A stretch of DNA of 64,000 nt. Origin: an uncultured Candidatus Saccharibacteria bacterium. Its GTDB lineage: Bacteria; Patescibacteriota; Minisyncoccia; 2-02-FULL-40-12; GWA2-44-9. The stretch is taken from the NCBI GenBank assembly GCA_964356795.1, contig CAYHIK010000002.1, positions 26,600-90,599 of the forward strand, in the 5' to 3' direction. Under the pieces are notes generated by a model. That model saw only the letters and a list, made by a program, of their open reading frames with translations. It searched no databases and had not been told where the DNA came from. Below are positions 9,573 through 17,240 of this stretch, in pieces. Made by a program: the position numbers and the translations under genes. Every line of letters begins with the position of its first letter. Position 1 is the stretch's first letter.

Positions 9573-9629
9573 CGCTAACCTCCGAAAACAAACGAGTTAT
9601 AAGAGATCTACAACGAACCTTCAATATTT

Positions 9630-9658
9630 ATTATACCATGATTTTATATAAATTGCAA
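9630..9658 (-). promoter_or_regulatory. Near-consensus sigma70-type promoter for truD: -35 TTGCAA, 17-bp spacer, extended -10 TGGTATAAT
   Basis: Read on the minus strand in the AT-rich 9573-9728 intergenic region; RBS GGAGGT precedes ATG 9572. Confidence 0.6.
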
Positions 9659-9671
9659 TACCCCTTCACGC

Positions 9672-9704
9672 ACAAAAAAGCCCCGGATTTCGTGTATCCG
9701 AGGC
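9672..9704 (-). terminator. Rho-independent terminator of the 9729..10850 gene
   Basis: CCTCGGAT-acacgaa-ATCCGGGG hairpin followed by CUUUUUUG on the minus strand. Confidence 0.7.
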
Positions 9705-9728
9705 TCGCGGAGGGTGCCTTCATCCATA

Positions 9729-10850
9729 CTATCGTCGCCCACTCCCCTCGTCATCAGTGCACATATTCTCTCGCTCGATGAGCATCACTGGCGGAATCGA
9801 GAGAAATGTCTCACGAATGATGTCGAGGTATCCTGAGCCGTATTCGTGAGACGGCTCGATTGCGGTTCCCTCTGCATGCTCACTGTACGACGTGATATAC
9901 GCGTACGGCATGATGGGGGCACCGCATGAATTCACTGCGAAAGAGCGAACCGTCTCAGCGTACGCTCGCGCCATGTCAAGCGAGCCCCTAAACTGAAGAC
10001 CGGAGCGTCCGGGAATGCGCGTTTCGTCGTATGCGAATCCCATGGGCAAAATGATTCGCACATGCGGCGCGTTCTTCAGAATCCACGCAGACCAGTCGGC
10101 CACTGCGAATCGGTACTCCTCCAGAAACTGCTGGGACATATCGGCGCCGTAGCGCTGTCTATCGTAGAATCCATACGACGTGATAGCGTCCATTCCTCGA
10201 ATGGAACGGGCGAGATCCGGTCGCAGATGGAATGGCGATGAGAAATCCGATCCGATGAGGAAGAATGTCGCACGCTCACGTGCGCGTGCGACAGCCTCAT
10301 CAAACGGCCCCCGAAAGACATGGGAAATCCAGATGAACACCACGGGACGACCATCGATGCGCATGAAGCGCTCCGGATGCACATTGAAAAACGTGTTCTG
10401 GAGATGCTCCATATCGGAGATGAACATGTCGGCGTTCTTCGCATCCGAGAAGTCCACCTCGCCCCTGGCATTCTGCGTCATTCGACCCGGACCAACCGCT
10501 TCGTAGAGAATGCCAATCTGTGGGCCAGGAATCGAGAGGTACTGATGGAGGTACTCATCACCCGCATACGTATCACGAGCCCACCACGATACCAGTGGAA
10601 CGATGCCATTCGCTTCCATCTCCGCATTCTGCTCGCGAATAATGTCCGGATTTGCGGAGACGTACCCACCCATCGGATTATCGTTCCGAATGGGCATCGT
10701 TCCTGAGGTCGCCCATGAACCGGGAACCGTCCACCAGTTCGCAAAGTGCGCAAACACGGGGATGGTCGTCACCTGTCGGACGCTCTGCGGTTCACTCGCA
10801 CCAATCAAGAGCAACGCCACTGCCACAATCATGCCACGTGCACGTCGCAT
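9729..10850 (-). CDS. Secreted protein (signal peptide), possible TIM-barrel glycoside-hydrolase-like; function uncertain
   Basis: 373 aa. Strong RBS GAAGGAGGTGA upstream of ATG 10850. N-terminal signal (MIVAVALLLIGASEP). No motif I can name confidently. Confidence 0.6.
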   Translation of the reverse strand: MRRARGMIVAVALLLIGASEPQSVRQVTTIPVFAHFANWWTVPGSWATSGTMPIRNDNPMGGYVSANPDIIREQNAEMEANGIVPLVSWWARDTYAGDEYLHQYLSIPGPQIGILYEAVGPGRMTQNARGEVDFSDAKNADMFISDMEHLQNTFFNVHPERFMRIDGRPVVFIWISHVFRGPFDEAVARARERATFFLIGSDFSSPFHLRPDLARSIRGMDAITSYGFYDRQRYGADMSQQFLEEYRFAVADWSAWILKNAPHVRIILPMGFAYDETRIPGRSGLQFRGSLDMARAYAETVRSFAVNSCGAPIMPYAYITSYSEHAEGTAIEPSHEYGSGYLDIIRETFLSIPPVMLIERENMCTDDEGSGRR

Positions 10851-10908
10851 ACTTCACCTCCTTCGTTTTCAAAGATGCGCACACAATAGCACCCTCGTAT
10901 CGGGCGTC

Positions 10909-10942
10909 AAAAAAAGCATCCGGAACATAGTGTTCGGGATGC
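10909..10942 (-). terminator. Rho-independent terminator ending the minus-strand small-gene string
   Basis: GCATCCCGAAC-actat-GTTCCGGATGC hairpin followed by UUUUUUU on the minus strand, just 3' of stop 10951-10953. Confidence 0.7.
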
Positions 10943-10950
10943 TTAGAATG

Positions 10951-11184
10951 CTACTCGGATCTTTCCGAGATGCGGGCGAGATAGATGAGGATGTTCATCG
11001 CCGCAGGAAGCACGATGAGTAAATCCATTCGCTTCACAAGGTCGTCGCCACCAATGAGCTGGAACAACGTCATCGAGCATGCAACCCATGCAGCTGCGCC
11101 ACCGATTCCGAGAAGTAGGAAGGCAGCAACGCGATGCCGCTCACTCCAGCGTGAACCGTACTGCAGAAACTCTTCACGTGTCAT
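10951..11184 (-). CDS. Small membrane protein (~77 aa from MTREEF...)
   Basis: Start ATG at 11184 shares a base with the stop of the upstream gene (coupling); two hydrophobic helices. The longer ORF from 11235 overlaps its neighbour. Confidence 0.4.
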   Translation of the reverse strand: MTREEFLQYGSRWSERHRVAAFLLLGIGGAAAWVACSMTLFQLIGGDDLVKRMDLLIVLPAAMNILIYLARISERSE

Positions 11185-11393
11185 CACCGCACCACCTGCT
11201 TCCGTGGGCCAAGCGGACGAGGAGGAAAACCACACTCATGATCCGCGAGACGCTCGCGCCAGCACGAACCATCGAAGTGACCAATCGTGCCCGATGGCAC
11301 CAATGGCCCCCAGTGCTTGATGTACACACCCGTCTTCAGCCCGCAGTCACTGCAGGGCATGTCACCGAAATCGCCTCTCTGCGTGTCCGCCAT
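11184..11393 (-). CDS. 69-aa Cys-rich (zinc-ribbon-like) small protein
   Basis: CxxC...C...C spacing (MPCSDCG...GSCW...HEC); coupled to downstream gene. Confidence 0.4.
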   Translation of the reverse strand: MADTQRGDFGDMPCSDCGLKTGVYIKHWGPLVPSGTIGHFDGSCWRERLADHECGFPPRPLGPRKQVVR

Positions 11394-11409
11394 GCGACAC
11401 CTCCAACAT

Positions 11410-11661
11410 CTATGCCGAATGCTCCTTCGCGAATCCTACGCGCCCAATGTATTCCACGCAAGCCACTTCGGGAATCTCCTGAAGCGCAGCTCTCCACGCA
11501 TCAACAGACTCATCCTCCTCGACCCGCACGCCATAGATGCGACCGTTGTCCGTGAACGCGAGCGCCCACTCCCCCCACCCAGTAGCTCCTAGCTCCCGCG
11601 TGAGTTGCTGAATCACCTCGACACTCACATCACTCCGAAAAATCACCAGCAAGACTCGCAT
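11410..11661 (-). CDS. 83-aa hypothetical protein (alpha+beta, possibly Dabb-like)
   Basis: ATG at 11661 (MRVLLVIFRSD...); the longer ORF from 11715 adds a Cys/Arg-rich extension of doubtful reality. Confidence 0.4.
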   Translation of the reverse strand: MRVLLVIFRSDVSVEVIQQLTRELGATGWGEWALAFTDNGRIYGVRVEEDESVDAWRAALQEIPEVACVEYIGRVGFAKEHSA

Positions 11662-11771
11662 ACCCGCCTCCATCCGATTGCGCGCTATTCTGCATCTAAT
11701 AGGATAATTAGTCAATTGCCCTAAGAAAAACCGCCATCGCTTTCGCGTGGCGGCCTACTGCCCTTCTTCGG

Positions 11772-12044
11772 CTACTCGTCGATCTCTTCGCCTCCCTCGC
11801 GGCGGATGAGGAGCTCCAGCGGATCCGGTCTTTCGTCGACAATCCGAGAAACCGAGGCCTTCCGATCGGGCAGCTGGAGACAAGAGACTCTTCGCGGGAC
11901 TCCCACCACAGCGCGACCGAACTCGCCGCGCACTTCGGGAACGGGAGTCCACCAGCGCTCCGGCAGACGGAACGATTTCACCCGAGCGATTCGAGTATCT
12001 TCTTCGAGCGCCTCAGGGCAACACGTGTAGCTCGCAAATGACAT
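11772..12044 (-). CDS. 90-aa hypothetical protein in a high-GC (~62%) stretch
   Basis: Strong RBS AGGAGGT 6 nt upstream of ATG 12044. Confidence 0.5.
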   Translation of the reverse strand: MSFASYTCCPEALEEDTRIARVKSFRLPERWWTPVPEVRGEFGRAVVGVPRRVSCLQLPDRKASVSRIVDERPDPLELLIRREGGEEIDE

Positions 12045-12108
12045 GATGCTACCTCCTGAATTTAATTATATCACACTTTCGAGTAAATAGCAATACCCAC
12101 CGCCCCCC

Positions 12109-12441
12109 CTACACCGCTAACGCAGCGTCGATTTTTGCCGCGAGAATAAAGTCGTTTTTGAACAGGCCGTTAATAGCGTGCGTGGTGAGTGTCACCTCGA
12201 GATACCCCCACCCAAAACGAATATCGGGATGATGCCCCTCCGATTCGGCAAGAGCTCCAATACTATCCACCGCCGTGAGCGTTGATGCGAAATCTGGAAA
12301 CTTCCACTCACGTACGATGTGATGATTCTCCACTGCACGCCATTGAGGCACATGAGCAATAAGCTCACTCACTTCCGCTTCGGTGAGCGGTGGCACGCCA
12401 CCTTCGCATGGTACGCATTTCGCTTGTGTGAGATCTTCCAT
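12109..12441 (-). CDS. Pterin-4a-carbinolamine dehydratase (PCD/DCoH, PhhB-like)
   Basis: 110 aa; the [E]-x-H-H-P-D signature (ESEGHHPDIRFGWGYLEV) is diagnostic of the PCD family; TATAT box abuts the ATG. Confidence 0.85.
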   Translation of the reverse strand: MEDLTQAKCVPCEGGVPPLTEAEVSELIAHVPQWRAVENHHIVREWKFPDFASTLTAVDSIGALAESEGHHPDIRFGWGYLEVTLTTHAINGLFKNDFILAAKIDAALAV

Positions 12442-12508
12442 ATATAAAAAATTGTTTTGTTTATCCGAGAGATAGTATATCAGAATTAATGAAGCTCGAT
12501 AAAAAAAA

Positions 12509-12540
12509 CCGGACTCACAGAGTCCGGTCGTGCTATCAAC
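12509..12540 (-). terminator. Rho-independent terminator (CCGGACTC-tgtg-GAGTCCGG + U9)
   Basis: Perfect 8-bp stem followed by nine U on the minus strand, immediately 3' of the 12540..12788 gene. Confidence 0.85.
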
Positions 12541-12788
12541 TAGCCCTGACCCGCCCCTTGAGCGACACCGGCATCCCTCAAGAAGTCGGGATCCCAGCCG
12601 TAATCTTCAACGGTGATCTCGCCGTAGGTAATCCGACCATGGCCGAATTCGGTATTGAATCCACCAGTTGCGAGCTCCGAGCTTGTCTTCGAATGGAAGC
12701 CAGCCCGACGCTCTGCCGCAGCGAATTCTTTCCGAGTGATTTCTCGCCACTTCCCCTCACCAATCCGAAGCCAATATCTTTCTGACAT
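12540..12788 (-). CDS. 82-aa hypothetical protein
   Basis: ATG 12788 overlaps the TGA of the upstream Zn-finger gene (TGATG coupling); terminator immediately downstream. Confidence 0.45.
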   Translation of the reverse strand: MSERYWLRIGEGKWREITRKEFAAAERRAGFHSKTSSELATGGFNTEFGHGRITYGEITVEDYGWDPDFLRDAGVAQGAGQG

Positions 12789-13054
12789 CACGCCCTCCTC
12801 GCACATCCTTCGTCAGTCCACTCTCTACGCCTATCCAGATCTGGCTTGGCGGTCTTCACGCGGGTACCGGGCCTGAGGGGTGGACATGACACCGAGGCCT
12901 GCAGAATGTGACGCACCTCTGCGAGGATTTCTTCCGCACTCAGCAATCGCGCGCCCTTGCACTTCGGACAAGTCTCCCGACCAGTCAGGCATCCATCCTC
13001 GATACCACCGTCGAGCACCCATCCGCGACCGTCACACTTGAAACACTGAAACAT
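12788..13054 (-). CDS. 88-aa CxxC...CxxC zinc-finger protein
   Basis: MFQCFKCDGRGWV...CPKCKG; RBS GGAGG 7 nt upstream of ATG 13054. Confidence 0.5.
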   Translation of the reverse strand: MFQCFKCDGRGWVLDGGIEDGCLTGRETCPKCKGARLLSAEEILAEVRHILQASVSCPPLRPGTRVKTAKPDLDRRREWTDEGCARRA

Positions 13055-13094
13055 CGCGCGCCTCCAAAAAAATTTGGATGATCTAGGAGCCTAA

Positions 13095-13265
13095 TTACTC
13101 CTTATACAACTTGCTTCGATAGGGCATGCCGGGACGATGGACAGGAAATTGCCTTTCGCGCTCTTCTCGTAAGCGACGAAAACCCTCAGAAACTTCCCAA
13201 TCTTCAGCAGGCCCTTGCTTTGACCTCTCGGCTTCCTTCCGATCAGAATCAAGCTCCTTCGCCAT
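13095..13265 (-). CDS. 56-aa charged small protein (MAKELDSDRKEAERSKQGPAEDWEVSEGFRRLREERERQFPVHRPGMPYRSKLYKE), alternative frame to the listed 13091..13321 ORF
   Basis: Hand translation; strong RBS GGAGG 7 nt upstream of ATG 13265; stop TAA at 13095-13097. The listed 76-aa frame lacks an RBS. Confidence 0.4.
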   Translation of the reverse strand: MAKELDSDRKEAERSKQGPAEDWEVSEGFRRLREERERQFPVHRPGMPYRSKLYKE

Positions 13266-13368
13266 AACTTTTCCTCCATTATTGGTGAACGAGTGAAGTC
13301 TCCCTTAGAAAAGATAACCATAACTAAGTAATTATGTCAAGATGATGCACTAAGTGGAGAAGCGATGT

Positions 13369-13395
13369 ATCGCTCCGGACTTCTCGTCCTGACGC
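13369..13395. repeat. 27-bp perfect direct repeat, copy 1 (ATCGCTCCGGACTTCTCGTCCTGACGC)
   Basis: Identical to 15675..15701; the two copies bracket the low-GC 666-aa gene. Confidence 0.9.
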
Positions 13396-13413
13396 ATTGA
13401 TGTCAGAACTCGA

Positions 13414-15414
13414 TTAATCGCTAACATTGATAACGATATTGCTGTCGCTGAAGTTATTAGCCCCATCAAACACCCGAACAATAACAGAATATTCTCCTGA
13501 GTCTAGGAATGGAATATAAAATGGCGGCTTAACGGGCAGGAAAACGCTATTATTAATCTTTATATAAAATCCAGCCTGAAGACCGCTTAACGCGTCCTCT
13601 GATGTGAACTCCAGCCGCACAACATCGCCCCTCTTAATTCTGTCGCCACTAACTTTGATGCTTGGCGGCAATGGTGGGATGCTGTCGACCATGATTTTAA
13701 AGCTGGATCGAGGCCCTAATGTACCCGTTTCATCTTTTGCCTGAAGATGAAAATACCAGATGCCGTTATCAACTAAAGCATCCACGTGATTATTTTTGGT
13801 CGATACAACCTTGTCTTCCGTAGGCCATTCAGAATGATTATCTAAACTATAGTAATAAGTACCACCCGAGAGTCCAGGCCAAGATAGCTTGACGGTGGCG
13901 TCTCCGTACCAGCGATTGCTATTTGGATGGCTCGGAGAAAATACTGGGATTTGGTTAGTAATATCGGAGATAGCAAATTCTTGGCGAACAACCTGATAGT
14001 AACCGTTGGTCACGAGGCGAAGCACATCTGTCCCCAGCCCATCATTGGCTAACACCTGAGTCTCATCAGTAAACTCAAGTGAAATTGAACCTATGCTTAG
14101 AGGTTGGATCAACAACTCTGCAACAGTACCGACAGCAGCATAGAACCCCGGGTTAGGGATTCCGCAAGTGATGCGTACCTCTCCTTTTTCTTTATTAATC
14201 TCTTTTTCTAGGAAAAAAGACGGAGCGCAGAATGAATTCATTGTCACAATATCAAGAACCTCTACCACCGTAGGGTCATAATGAACCACTGCGCTTACCA
14301 CATTAATATCTTCGCCGCCGGTAATCACTTCGATGGCTATTAATTTTTCTGAGGATTGCCGAATAACATCTGACTCAGGATTAAATTTTATGACAGAATT
14401 ATAGATAATGTATGGGGACTTCTCGAGGACCAGAGAGGAGTTGTTAAGCTTAAGAAGGTATGCAAAGTATGCTGCACTGAACAGAGCGGCTCCGACCAAC
14501 CAGAAAAATAACGCACTGTGTTTATGGTGATTTAAAAGCCTTGATAAAGAAAATAAGAGATAGAAAACAGAAAATGCCAGTACAGTACCGATCGCGAAGA
14601 AAAAGCTAATCCAGCGGTGCTGGACGGGAAAAAGGATAAGCGCACCACCGGGACTTTTTTCAATTCCAGGGAACACCACATCACGAGCAATGTAGTATTC
14701 ATCACCAATGTTAATTTCTTTTGAAATTCCAGCTATATTTTGAGCTCCATTATCGGAGCCCAAGGAAAAGTAGGTGTTGAGAAGCTTGGTCTTAGTTTTA
14801 TCATTTAGACTATCCCCGACTATCCCCTCCTGAGGTGTGTAGAAAAGAATCTGCGCTCCATATGATAAATATTTTTCCTGAAAGCGATACGCGTATGAAT
14901 CATATAATGAATAACCAATCGTAATGCCTCCGATTTGCGCTCCCCCATCTAAAACCTGGGAGACGCTTACAAAAATTAATGGGACTCTAGGGCCTCGTTC
15001 TATTACTGTTACGGAGCTCGCTTCTCCTTTAGCTATTATTCTGCCGTATGCGGATGTTAGGAAAAAGTTATCTCCCGTCTGAAGGGGTAGATGCGCGCGT
15101 GCAAGCACAAATCCGTTCTTATCTGTTACAACAATGAAATCAAGGGCTCTTTTTTTAGCCTCGGCCTGAGCGACCGCTAAAATCTCTACCGGATTACCCC
15201 TCTTGAGAGGCCCCGTGAATACTTCTGAGGCGAGAATCTGCTCCCTTTGCAAAGAAGCACTTTGGAGCTCCGCTTGAATCCCTCCTTCAACGCGAGATAA
15301 TTGTCGATTAATGCTTTGACTCTCCCAGAGATTCACCAGCTGAGTTGAAGAGAACAGCACACCCTCAAAGACCGAGAGACTTATCGCTAGTATGATAATA
15401 TCCTTACGATGCAA
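13414..15414 (-). CDS. 666-aa membrane protein: N-terminal anchor, extracytoplasmic domain, two TM helices, then cohesin-like and Ig/FN3-like beta domains; low GC (~43%)
   Basis: Long ORF with TTG start (no ATG in frame nearby). GC clearly below surroundings. Domain calls are by eye only. Confidence 0.65.
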   Translation of the reverse strand: MHRKDIIILAISLSVFEGVLFSSTQLVNLWESQSINRQLSRVEGGIQAELQSASLQREQILASEVFTGPLKRGNPVEILAVAQAEAKKRALDFIVVTDKNGFVLARAHLPLQTGDNFFLTSAYGRIIAKGEASSVTVIERGPRVPLIFVSVSQVLDGGAQIGGITIGYSLYDSYAYRFQEKYLSYGAQILFYTPQEGIVGDSLNDKTKTKLLNTYFSLGSDNGAQNIAGISKEINIGDEYYIARDVVFPGIEKSPGGALILFPVQHRWISFFFAIGTVLAFSVFYLLFSLSRLLNHHKHSALFFWLVGAALFSAAYFAYLLKLNNSSLVLEKSPYIIYNSVIKFNPESDVIRQSSEKLIAIEVITGGEDINVVSAVVHYDPTVVEVLDIVTMNSFCAPSFFLEKEINKEKGEVRITCGIPNPGFYAAVGTVAELLIQPLSIGSISLEFTDETQVLANDGLGTDVLRLVTNGYYQVVRQEFAISDITNQIPVFSPSHPNSNRWYGDATVKLSWPGLSGGTYYYSLDNHSEWPTEDKVVSTKNNHVDALVDNGIWYFHLQAKDETGTLGPRSSFKIMVDSIPPLPPSIKVSGDRIKRGDVVRLEFTSEDALSGLQAGFYIKINNSVFLPVKPPFYIPFLDSGEYSVIVRVFDGANNFSDSNIVINVSD

Positions 15415-15540
15415 AAAAAACAGACTTAAGAATCAATTTCCACATTGTATGATAATTATAATACAATGAATTCACCCGCACAATATAACCATATCATCGC
15501 GGCGCAATATTTATTAACCCAAAGCAAGCCCGATCCATAC

Positions 15541-15576
15541 AACCAAAACAAGACCCATATGGGTCTTGTTTTGGTT
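15541..15576. repeat. 36-bp perfect palindrome (AACCAAAACAAGACCCAT|ATGGGTCTTGTTTTGGTT)
   Basis: Exact 18-bp arms; lies between the 666-aa gene and the duplicated tRNA 3' segment. Confidence 0.9.
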
Positions 15577-15578
15577 TA

Positions 15579-15597
15579 TGCTCCGGGACCAGGACTC
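15579..15597 (-). mobile_element. Duplicated 19-nt segment of the tRNA-Asn 3' end (T-loop to acceptor/discriminator), att-like remnant
   Basis: TGCTCCGGGACCAGGACTC is identical to 15774..15792 inside or abutting tRNA-Asn; 22 of 23 bp match when extended. Confidence 0.55.
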
Positions 15598-15674
15598 ACC
15601 GTCGGTCGAAGCATCGCCGTCGCTCCGCTTCGCCTCACGGCTCCGGTCCTCGCGGTATCGCCTACTGGCGACAC

Positions 15675-15701
15675 ATCGCTCCGGACTTCTCGTCCTGACG
15701 C
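15675..15701. repeat. 27-bp perfect direct repeat, copy 2
   Basis: Identical to 13369..13395; followed by the small palindrome GGCCACGTAGGTGGCC at 15702-15717. Confidence 0.9.
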
Positions 15702-15733
15702 GGCCACGTAGGTGGCCGCTGTAACCGAGAGCA

Positions 15734-15772
15734 GAAAACAAAAACACCCCGCGTTGGGGGTGCTTTTGTTTT
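15734..15772. terminator. Symmetric bidirectional rho-independent terminator (A-tract, CACCCC-gcgttg-GGGGTG, T-tract)
   Basis: GAAAACAAAAA CACCCCGCGTTGGGGGTG CTTTTGTTTT; terminates tRNA-Asn on the minus strand and any plus-strand readthrough. Confidence 0.8.
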
Positions 15773-15775
15773 CTG

Positions 15776-15847
15776 CTCCGGGACCAGGACTCGAACCTGG
15801 AACCGTCTCGTTAACAGCGAGCTGCTCTACCATTGAGCTATCCCGGA
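15776..15847 (-). tRNA. tRNA-Asn (anticodon GTT), 72 nt, CCA not encoded
   Basis: Acceptor TCCGGGA/TCCCGGA, anticodon loop CTGTTAA, T-arm GGTTCGAGTCC; folded by hand. Confidence 0.85.
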
Positions 15848-15933
15848 ATGTATATGGTAACTTCTGCGAACATTGCTTAATTCGCCTAGACATTATACCC
15901 TTTTCAGGCTGTTCTTTCAAGGGAGTCATAGAC

Positions 15934-16521
15934 ATGGCACGCGTAATCGTTGATACGGGCCCAATGTTTGGTGGAAAGAGCCTGAAGCTCATTGATCACA
16001 TCATGAACGCCGAATTTCAGGAGCTCGGCGTGGTTGCGCTTCGACCTCAGACCGATCGTCATCCAGAACCATTCATTATCGCACGGCGCGTCATCAAGGG
16101 CGTGCCTCAGGAAGCGATGAAGTGTCCTGCGACTATCGTTACGTCACAGGAACAGTTGAGAGACATCCTCAGTAATCCGCACATCTCGTTGGTTGGCATG
16201 GACGAGGGGCAATTCTTTCCTGAATGGATTGTGGATGAGGTCTCGCGAGCACTCGACATCCGGCGGCGCGAGGATTTCGTCATGGCAATCGCCGGACTCA
16301 ACCTCGACTACGCACGCCGGCCATTCGGTCCAATGCCACAACTCATGGCACTCGCAGAAGAAGTGAACGTATGGCCAGGCGTTTGCATGAAGTGTAAAGG
16401 TCGCTACGGTAAGGGCTTCTACACTCAGCGCGTTCGCGGTGGCACCAACGTGGTGCAACCCGGAGATGCGGGAGATTACGAGGTCAGATGCGGCGCCTGC
16501 CACTATATTTTCACCGAGTAA
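15934..16521 (+). CDS. tdk: Thymidine kinase
   Basis: MARVIVDTGPMFGGKSLKLI P-loop and C-terminal Zn ribbon (CMKCKG...CGACH); RBS AAGGGAG; true start at ATG 15934 (the ORF-table start at 15712 reads through the tRNA region). Confidence 0.9.
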   Translation: MARVIVDTGPMFGGKSLKLIDHIMNAEFQELGVVALRPQTDRHPEPFIIARRVIKGVPQEAMKCPATIVTSQEQLRDILSNPHISLVGMDEGQFFPEWIVDEVSRALDIRRREDFVMAIAGLNLDYARRPFGPMPQLMALAEEVNVWPGVCMKCKGRYGKGFYTQRVRGGTNVVQPGDAGDYEVRCGACHYIFTE

Positions 16522-16523
16522 CA

Positions 16524-16550
16524 GACGACTCCTTTGGGGGTCGTCTTTTT
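16524..16550 (+). terminator. Rho-independent terminator of tdk
   Basis: GACGACTCC-tttg-GGGGTCGTC followed by TTTTT. Confidence 0.8.
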
Positions 16551-16571
16551 CATATATGATATACTGGATGC

Positions 16572-16793
16572 ATGGGCCGCCGCGTACATCATCGTGTTCG
16601 ATATTTTGCATCAAGCTTCGCAGTTGTCTTTGGCGTGGTGCTCATCTGGCGTGGCATGTGGTACACGCTCGACTGGGTTGATTCAGTCTTTTTTGGAGGT
16701 ACCCACTGGATTTCCGTTGCGGGGGGAATCATCCTCGGCTTCCTCATTCTGTATCTCCCCGACCGCGATCTCTCAGAATTGCGCAAACTCTAG
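16572..16793 (+). CDS. 73-aa two-TM small membrane protein; apparently leaderless
   Basis: TATACT (16560-16565) sits 6 nt upstream of ATG 16572, with no SD. Confidence 0.45.
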   Translation: MGRRVHHRVRYFASSFAVVFGVVLIWRGMWYTLDWVDSVFFGGTHWISVAGGIILGFLILYLPDRDLSELRKL

Positions 16794-16798
16794 TTTTA

Positions 16799-17194
16799 TT
16801 GTATAGTAAATTCGTCCCCATAGGAGGTGCTTGTGCAGAGACGCAAACGTTCGATGAGCGTGGTTTCACGCTCATCGAACTCATCGTCGTTGTAGCGATT
16901 GTTGCTTTCTTCGCATCTGGTTTTTTGCTCATCACCAGATTCGAGCAGCACAACAAAGAACAATCGGCACTGGCAGAAGCAGAAGTGCAGACCACTCAAG
17001 ATACGACAGAAGCCCAGTTGCTCAAGTTTGCCAGCGAGCTCAAATGGGAACTCGTGGCACACTCGTGTCAAAAGGCCCAGAGTCGAGATGCCTACGTCGA
17101 CTGCACTGTCGGTATCAGAGAGGGTGAGCGCATCACCTATCTCGGTGTACAGTGCGGTAGCTACTGGGGCGGGTGTCGACTCGCTCAACGATAG
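16799..17194 (+). CDS. Type IV pilin/pseudopilin-like protein (prepilin N-terminal GFTLIELIVVVAIV motif)
   Basis: Class III signal motif ERG|FTLIELIVVVAIVAFFASGF; start codon uncertain (only TTG at 16799 is in frame; see findings); followed by terminator. Confidence 0.55.
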   Translation: MYSKFVPIGGACAETQTFDERGFTLIELIVVVAIVAFFASGFLLITRFEQHNKEQSALAEAEVQTTQDTTEAQLLKFASELKWELVAHSCQKAQSRDAYVDCTVGIREGERITYLGVQCGSYWGGCRLAQR

Positions 17195-17207
17195 CGCGCA
17201 CAACGCA

Positions 17208-17240
17208 GACGGCTCCCGAGGGAGCCGTCTTTTCATATTT
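17208..17240. terminator. Rho-independent terminator (GACGGCTCC-cgag-GGAGCCGTC + TTTT) between the pilin gene and the rpoD 3' end
   Basis: Perfect 9-bp stem; U-tract on the plus strand; rpoD stop (17239-17241) abuts it on the other strand. Confidence 0.75.

Noticed and set aside
8464-9624. Multiple overlapping ORFs (8464..8913, 8507..8863, 8517..9017, 8662..9192, 9189..9578, 9250..9624)
   Set aside because: All overlap truD, which has unmistakable homology motifs; they are typical long spurious frames in high-GC DNA (Arg/Pro/Ser-rich).
13091-13321. Listed 76-aa minus-strand ORF
   Set aside because: It has no SD and a hydrophobic or odd N-terminus; a +1 frame inside it (13095..13265) has a GGAGG SD and a charged, protein-like product.
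15445-15747. ORFs 15445..15711 (+) and 15514..15747 (-), both containing QNKTHMGLVL
   Set aside because: They arise because both strands read through the 36-bp perfect palindrome and the tRNA-fragment/direct-repeat region; there are no start signals, so this is structural DNA, not coding.
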